From NCBI GenBank assembly GCA_037189525.1, contig JBBCJC010000001.1:288001-352000 (forward strand): a DNA stretch of 64,000 bases, in the 5' to 3' direction. Below, piece after piece: positions 59,105-64,000 of the stretch. The translations under genes were made by a program, and so were the position numbers. The notes below the pieces were generated by a model. The model did no database searches. It saw only the letters and a program-made list of their open reading frames with translations, and was not told the DNA's origin. Position 1 is the first letter of the stretch; every line of letters starts with the position of its first letter. The stretch is from Gemmatimonadales bacterium. GTDB lineage: Bacteria; Gemmatimonadota; Gemmatimonadetes; Gemmatimonadales; GWC2-71-9.

Positions 59105-60001
59105 ATGCGCACGTACCGCGATCGCCGGCCACGCTCGCTCGCCCGGTCTACCGCTGGTGGTTCCTTCGATCAGTACCTGCTGGACATTCGCAAGTTGCCG
59201 ATGATCACCGATCCCAAAGAGGAGATCCGGCTGGCCAAACGCGCCCAGAAAGGCGACGTCGACGCCATGGACCGGTTGGTGACGGCCAACCTGCGTTTCG
59301 TGATCTCGTACGTGAAGCGGTTCCAGGGCCACGGCCTCGACCTGGGCGAGCTGGTGGCCATCGGCAACGAGGGCCTGCTCAAGGCGGTCAAGAAGTTCGA
59401 CCCGGCCCACGGCGTGAAGTTCATCAGCTACGCCGTCTGGTGGGTCCGTCAGTGCGTCCTCAAAGCGCTGGCCGAACAGACCCGCACCGTCCGCATCCCG
59501 CTCAATCAAAACGCCGCCCTGCTCCGAATGGCCAAGGTCGAAAGCCTGCTCTCGCAGGAACTGGGACGCTCGCCGACCGACGCCGAGACGGCGCAGGTGC
59601 TGGGTGAGTCCGTCGATACGATCCGGTCGGCCCGGCTGGTCTCGACCGTGGAGATGTCGCTCGACGCCCCGGTCGAACGCAACGAATCGGGCTCGGCCAC
59701 CTTCGGTGAGCGGGTCACCGGTGCCGCCGGCGGTGAGATCGAAGACTTCGTCGATACCGGCCTGCAGCGGGAGTTTCTGGCCAAACTGTTCGAGACCTAC
59801 CTGACCCCGCGGGAGCGCCGGATCCTGGCGCTCTACTACGGCCTGGACGAAGGCTCCGAATCGCTCACGCTGGAAGGGATCGGCTCCCTGCTCGGCGTGA
59901 CCCGGGAGCGGGTCCGGCAGATCCGCGAACGCGCCTTCGAAAAACTCCGCAACTCGCCCGAAGTCCGCTGTCTTCGGGTTCCTCCGGCCGAGATGGCCTG
60001 A
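59105..60001 (+). CDS. Sigma70 family factor, short RpoD/RpoS-like without region 1.1
   Basis: DQYLLDI, LVTANLRFVIS, GLLKAVKKFDP, KFISYAVWW, RTVRIP, SLDAP, TLEGIG..GVTRERVRQI. Confidence 0.92.
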   Translation: MRTYRDRRPRSLARSTAGGSFDQYLLDIRKLPMITDPKEEIRLAKRAQKGDVDAMDRLVTANLRFVISYVKRFQGHGLDLGELVAIGNEGLLKAVKKFDPAHGVKFISYAVWWVRQCVLKALAEQTRTVRIPLNQNAALLRMAKVESLLSQELGRSPTDAETAQVLGESVDTIRSARLVSTVEMSLDAPVERNESGSATFGERVTGAAGGEIEDFVDTGLQREFLAKLFETYLTPRERRILALYYGLDEGSESLTLEGIGSLLGVTRERVRQIRERAFEKLRNSPEVRCLRVPPAEMA

Positions 60002-60029
60002 GCTCCGGAAAAAACCGGGAGGTGGAACG

Positions 60030-60061
60030 ACGGGAGCGCCAGGGCGCTCCCGTTTTCTCTT
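60030..60061 (+). terminator. Intrinsic terminator
   Basis: ACGGGAGCGC-CAGG-GCGCTCCCGT followed by TTTCTCTT. Confidence 0.75.
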
Positions 60062-60082
60062 CCGCTCCGTCTACATTGCGGG

Positions 60083-60730
60083 ATGGCCTGGTATCCTCTA
60101 TTCCCGCTGCCGGTCGTCCTCTTTCCGGGGGCCTTGCTGCCGCTTCACATTTTCGAGCCGCGCTACCGCGCCATGATTGCCGATTGCGCCGAAGGCAATC
60201 AGCGTTTCGTGCTGCTCCCGCCCGGAGAGGATCAGGAAGCGCCGGCGCCAGGCACGGTCGGGACGATCGCGCGGATCCGGGCGGTCCAGCCGCTCACCGA
60301 TGGGCGCTCGAACATCGCGGTCTCGGGAGAAGAGCGGATCTCGCTGACGGTTCTCGCGCCGAGCGATCGTCCCTACCTGGTCGGCGAGGTCGCTTCGTTG
60401 GCGGACTTCGACGAATCGCCTGGGGTGTCACCCGCGGACACGGCTCGCCTCCTGGCGTTCGGCGAACGGTACGTCAACGCCTTGAGCACCATGAGCGAAA
60501 CGGAGCCCGACGCCGATCTGTCGGTCGACCCCGGAACGCTCACCTTTCAGATCGCTTCGCTGACGGAGTGGGATTTCCCCACCAAGCAGCACTTTCTCAC
60601 GCTCCGATCGACGCGTGAACGGGTCGAACGATTGCTCGCGGCACTGCCCTCGATGCTCGGCGACGTCGAAGCCCGCGCGGCAACCCATCGCGGCGCCAAG
60701 CTGAACGGGAAAGGAAAGCACCACGCGTGA
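60083..60730 (+). CDS. Stand-alone Lon N-terminal (substrate-binding) domain protein
   Basis: PLFPLPVVLFPG..LPLHIFEPRYRAM, VGTIARI, DGRSNI. Confidence 0.88.
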   Translation: MAWYPLFPLPVVLFPGALLPLHIFEPRYRAMIADCAEGNQRFVLLPPGEDQEAPAPGTVGTIARIRAVQPLTDGRSNIAVSGEERISLTVLAPSDRPYLVGEVASLADFDESPGVSPADTARLLAFGERYVNALSTMSETEPDADLSVDPGTLTFQIASLTEWDFPTKQHFLTLRSTRERVERLLAALPSMLGDVEARAATHRGAKLNGKGKHHA

Positions 60731-62148
60731 GCCCCTCTTCCGATCTTCGCGATGCGCTCGCGGCCATCGTCGGCGCACGCTGGGTCAAGACCGCCAACGC
60801 CGAGCGGCGGACCTACGAGGCGGATGGGCTGCCGACCCATGCCTCGGTTCCGATGCTCGCGGTGCTGCCCGGCTCCCGCGAGGAAGTGATCGCGATCATC
60901 AAGCTGCTCGCCGAGCGGAAGGTGTCCTGGGTGGTGCGCGGCGCCGGAACCGGACTGTCGGGCGGTGCGCTGGCCGACCACGCCACCGTCCTGATCCCCC
61001 TGACTCGGCTCAATCGGATCCTGTCGATCGACCCCGTGTCGCGGCGCGCGGTCATCCAACCCGGCGTCGTCAATGCCAAGCTATCGGAAGCGGCTGCGCC
61101 GTTCGGGCTCTACTACGCGCCCGACCCGTCGAGCCAGGCCGCCTGCACCATCGGGGGAAACGTCGCGGAAAATGCCGGCGGGCCGCACTGCCTCAAGTAC
61201 GGCACCACCACCAATCACATCGTGGAAATCGAAGTCGTGCTGGCCGATGGAACCGTGACCCGGCTGGGCAGCCCACAGGGTGAGTCGTGGGGCCCGGATC
61301 TGGTCGGGCTGTTCGTCGGTTCCGAGGGGATGTTCGGGGTCGCGCTGGAGATCACCACCCGGCTCGAGCCCACGCCTGCCGCGGTGCGCACCTTGCTTTC
61401 GGCGTTCGATTCGGTTCGCGCCGCGAGCGAAGCGGTCAGCGCCATCGTCGCATCCGGCGTGGTCCCCGCCGCGCTCGAACTGCTCGACCGGGCCTGCGTC
61501 GCCGCCGTAGAGAACTCGATCTACGCAGCCGGATACCCCACCGACGCGGAAGCAGTCCTGCTGGTGGAGCTTGACGGTACCCGCGCATCGGTCGACGCCG
61601 AAGCGCCCGTGGTCGAAGCCATTCTGCACCGTTTCAAGGCCCAGTCGGTCCGGTCGGCCGAAACGCCGGAGAGCCGCGCCAAGCTCTGGCAGGGTCGCAA
61701 GAAGGCGTTCGGCGCGCTCGGCCGAATCACCGCCGATCTGGTGGTGCAGGACGCGGTCGTGCCGCGCTCGACCCTGCCCGGCATCCTCGACACCATCACG
61801 GAAATCGGCGAGCGCCATCGCCTCCTGATTACCAACGTCTTCCACGCCGGCGACGGCAATCTGCATCCCGTGATCTGCTACGACCAGCGCGATCCGGATC
61901 TCCGCCGCCGAGCCATCCTGGCCAGCCGCGAGATCATGGAGGCCTGCGTCGCGGCGGGTGGCACCATCACGGGCGAGCATGGCGTCGGCTCCGACAAGAT
62001 CGATTACATGCCGCTCATCTTCGACGAGACGAGCCTCGCCACCATGTGCGCCATTCGCAAAGTCTTCGACCCCACCGAGCGGGCCAATCCCGGCAAGGTC
62101 GTCCCGGTCCACAGCTGCCGCGAGTGGCGCGCCGGATGGGTCGCATGA
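60727..62148 (+). CDS. glcD: Glycolate oxidase FAD subunit GlcD-like
   Basis: RGAGTGLSGG, APDPSS, TIGGNVAENAGGPHCLKYG, FHAGDGNLHP, GEHGVG. Confidence 0.88.
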   Translation: MSPSSDLRDALAAIVGARWVKTANAERRTYEADGLPTHASVPMLAVLPGSREEVIAIIKLLAERKVSWVVRGAGTGLSGGALADHATVLIPLTRLNRILSIDPVSRRAVIQPGVVNAKLSEAAAPFGLYYAPDPSSQAACTIGGNVAENAGGPHCLKYGTTTNHIVEIEVVLADGTVTRLGSPQGESWGPDLVGLFVGSEGMFGVALEITTRLEPTPAAVRTLLSAFDSVRAASEAVSAIVASGVVPAALELLDRACVAAVENSIYAAGYPTDAEAVLLVELDGTRASVDAEAPVVEAILHRFKAQSVRSAETPESRAKLWQGRKKAFGALGRITADLVVQDAVVPRSTLPGILDTITEIGERHRLLITNVFHAGDGNLHPVICYDQRDPDLRRRAILASREIMEACVAAGGTITGEHGVGSDKIDYMPLIFDETSLATMCAIRKVFDPTERANPGKVVPVHSCREWRAGWVA

Positions 62149-63345
62149 GCAACGCGATCCATCGCGCGCTCGCTGCGCAACTGGGCGATGCCGTCACGCT
62201 CGATCCGTCGGGGCTGCCGCGGGTGGCGCCCGCCTCGACCGACGCCCTGGCCACCGCGCTCGGCGTGGCCAACGAGCACCAGTGGCGGATCCGGATCGAA
62301 GGCAACGGCACCTGGATGCCGGCCGACGCCCCCGCTGACCTCACGGTCACCACCCGCCGGCTCGACCGGATCACCTCGATTGCGTCCGCCGATCTGGTGG
62401 CCACGGTGCAATCGGGCGTCGCCATCGGGACGCTGGCGCAATCGCTTGCCGCGCATAAGGCGTGGCTGGCGCTCGACCCGCCCGGCGCCCCGGAACGTTC
62501 GATTGGCTCCGTGCTCGCTACCGCCACGCCCGGCCCGGCGCGCTACCGTTTCGGGACCGTACGCGACCATGTGCTCGGCACTACGGTCGTGACCGGCGAT
62601 GGCCGGGTCGTGCGCGCCGGCGGGTCGGTCGTCAAGAACGTGGCGGGCTACGATCTGACCAAGCTGCAGATCGGCGGCTTCGGCGCGTTCGGTGTCATTG
62701 CCGATGTCAATCTCCGCCTCCGGGCGCTCCCCGCGGCCCGGCTGCTGCTGACCGCGACCGGCGCGCTCGATCCGCTCTTTCACGCCGGCCGAGCCCTGGT
62801 CGACGCCGCGATCGACGCCACCACCATCGAACTCCTCTCGCCCGGGGTGACCAATCGGGCCGACTGGATGCTGATCGTGGAACTCGCCGGCACCGAAGCG
62901 GGCGTCGATGCGGAGCTGGCGAGAGCGGCGGCCCTGGCGCCGGTGCTACGCCCCTCGCCCGAAGCGCAGGCCGGTGTGACCAACGCGCTGGCCCAGGCTT
63001 TCCTCGAAGGGGCGATCTCCCTGCGCGCCGGGGCGCTGCCGCCGTCCTTGCCCGCCCTGGCCGATGCCGTCGAATCGCAGCTTGGCCCGGGACGGATGAG
63101 TCTGGGCGTAGGCGGAGGCGGGTTCCGCTGGGCCGGCAATGCCGCGGTACCCGATCTGCTCGAGTTCCGCCGCTCGCTGGCTGAGCAGGAAATTCCACTG
63201 ACCATCGAGCGGGCGCCTTGGCCCATCCGTTCGGCCGTCGGTCACTTCGGCGCCTTCCGCGAAGGGGTGGGTACTCTGACGACCAGGCTCCGCGCCGTCT
63301 TCGATCCGAGCAACATCCTGACCGCCCCACTCGAAGGACAGCGTG

Positions 63346-63353
<8 letters not shown>
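62145..63353 (+). CDS. glcE: Glycolate oxidase FAD-binding subunit GlcE-like
   Basis: ALDPP, YRFGTVRDHVLG, GGSVVKNVAGYDL, VFDP. Confidence 0.85.

Positions 63354-64000
<647 letters not shown>

Overview
High-GC bacterial chromosome segment. Gene order and protein style suggest Gemmatimonadota, which is an inference and was not searched. From left to right: (1) a minus-strand MsbA-like flippase plus five glycosyltransferases, divergent from a GT9 heptosyltransferase; (2) a long plus-strand housekeeping run yebC-ruvC-ruvA-(Zn-ribbon ORF)-ruvB-queA-[phytase]-[GT4]-tgt-yajC-def-fmt-thiE-thiS-thiG-rsmB-PASTA-rpe; (3) a ~20 kb accessory-looking stretch (21-41 kb) with PhoX, a TonB receptor, transporters, hydrolases, an ankyrin protein, GNATs (one pseudogenised) and a di-heme cytochrome c; (4) tlpA-tsaD-lgt; (5) a minus-strand run tamA-tamB-lipid kinase-degenerate enhancer-binding protein-8Cys microprotein-HAD-CYTH-hypothetical-acpS; (6) dacB-pduO-aroB, a sigma70 factor, a Lon-N protein and glcDEF, truncated at the window end. 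I found no rRNA, tRNA, CRISPR, IS or integrase. The most notable signals are a promoter-bounded, highly structured ~125-nt leader with an anti-SD switch in front of the ankyrin gene, and a strongly over-represented octamer CGTTAGGC. The octamer forces rare codons in housekeeping genes and clusters around DnaA-box/IHF-like sites upstream of the sigma gene. Several housekeeping-like proteins also have altered active-site motifs.
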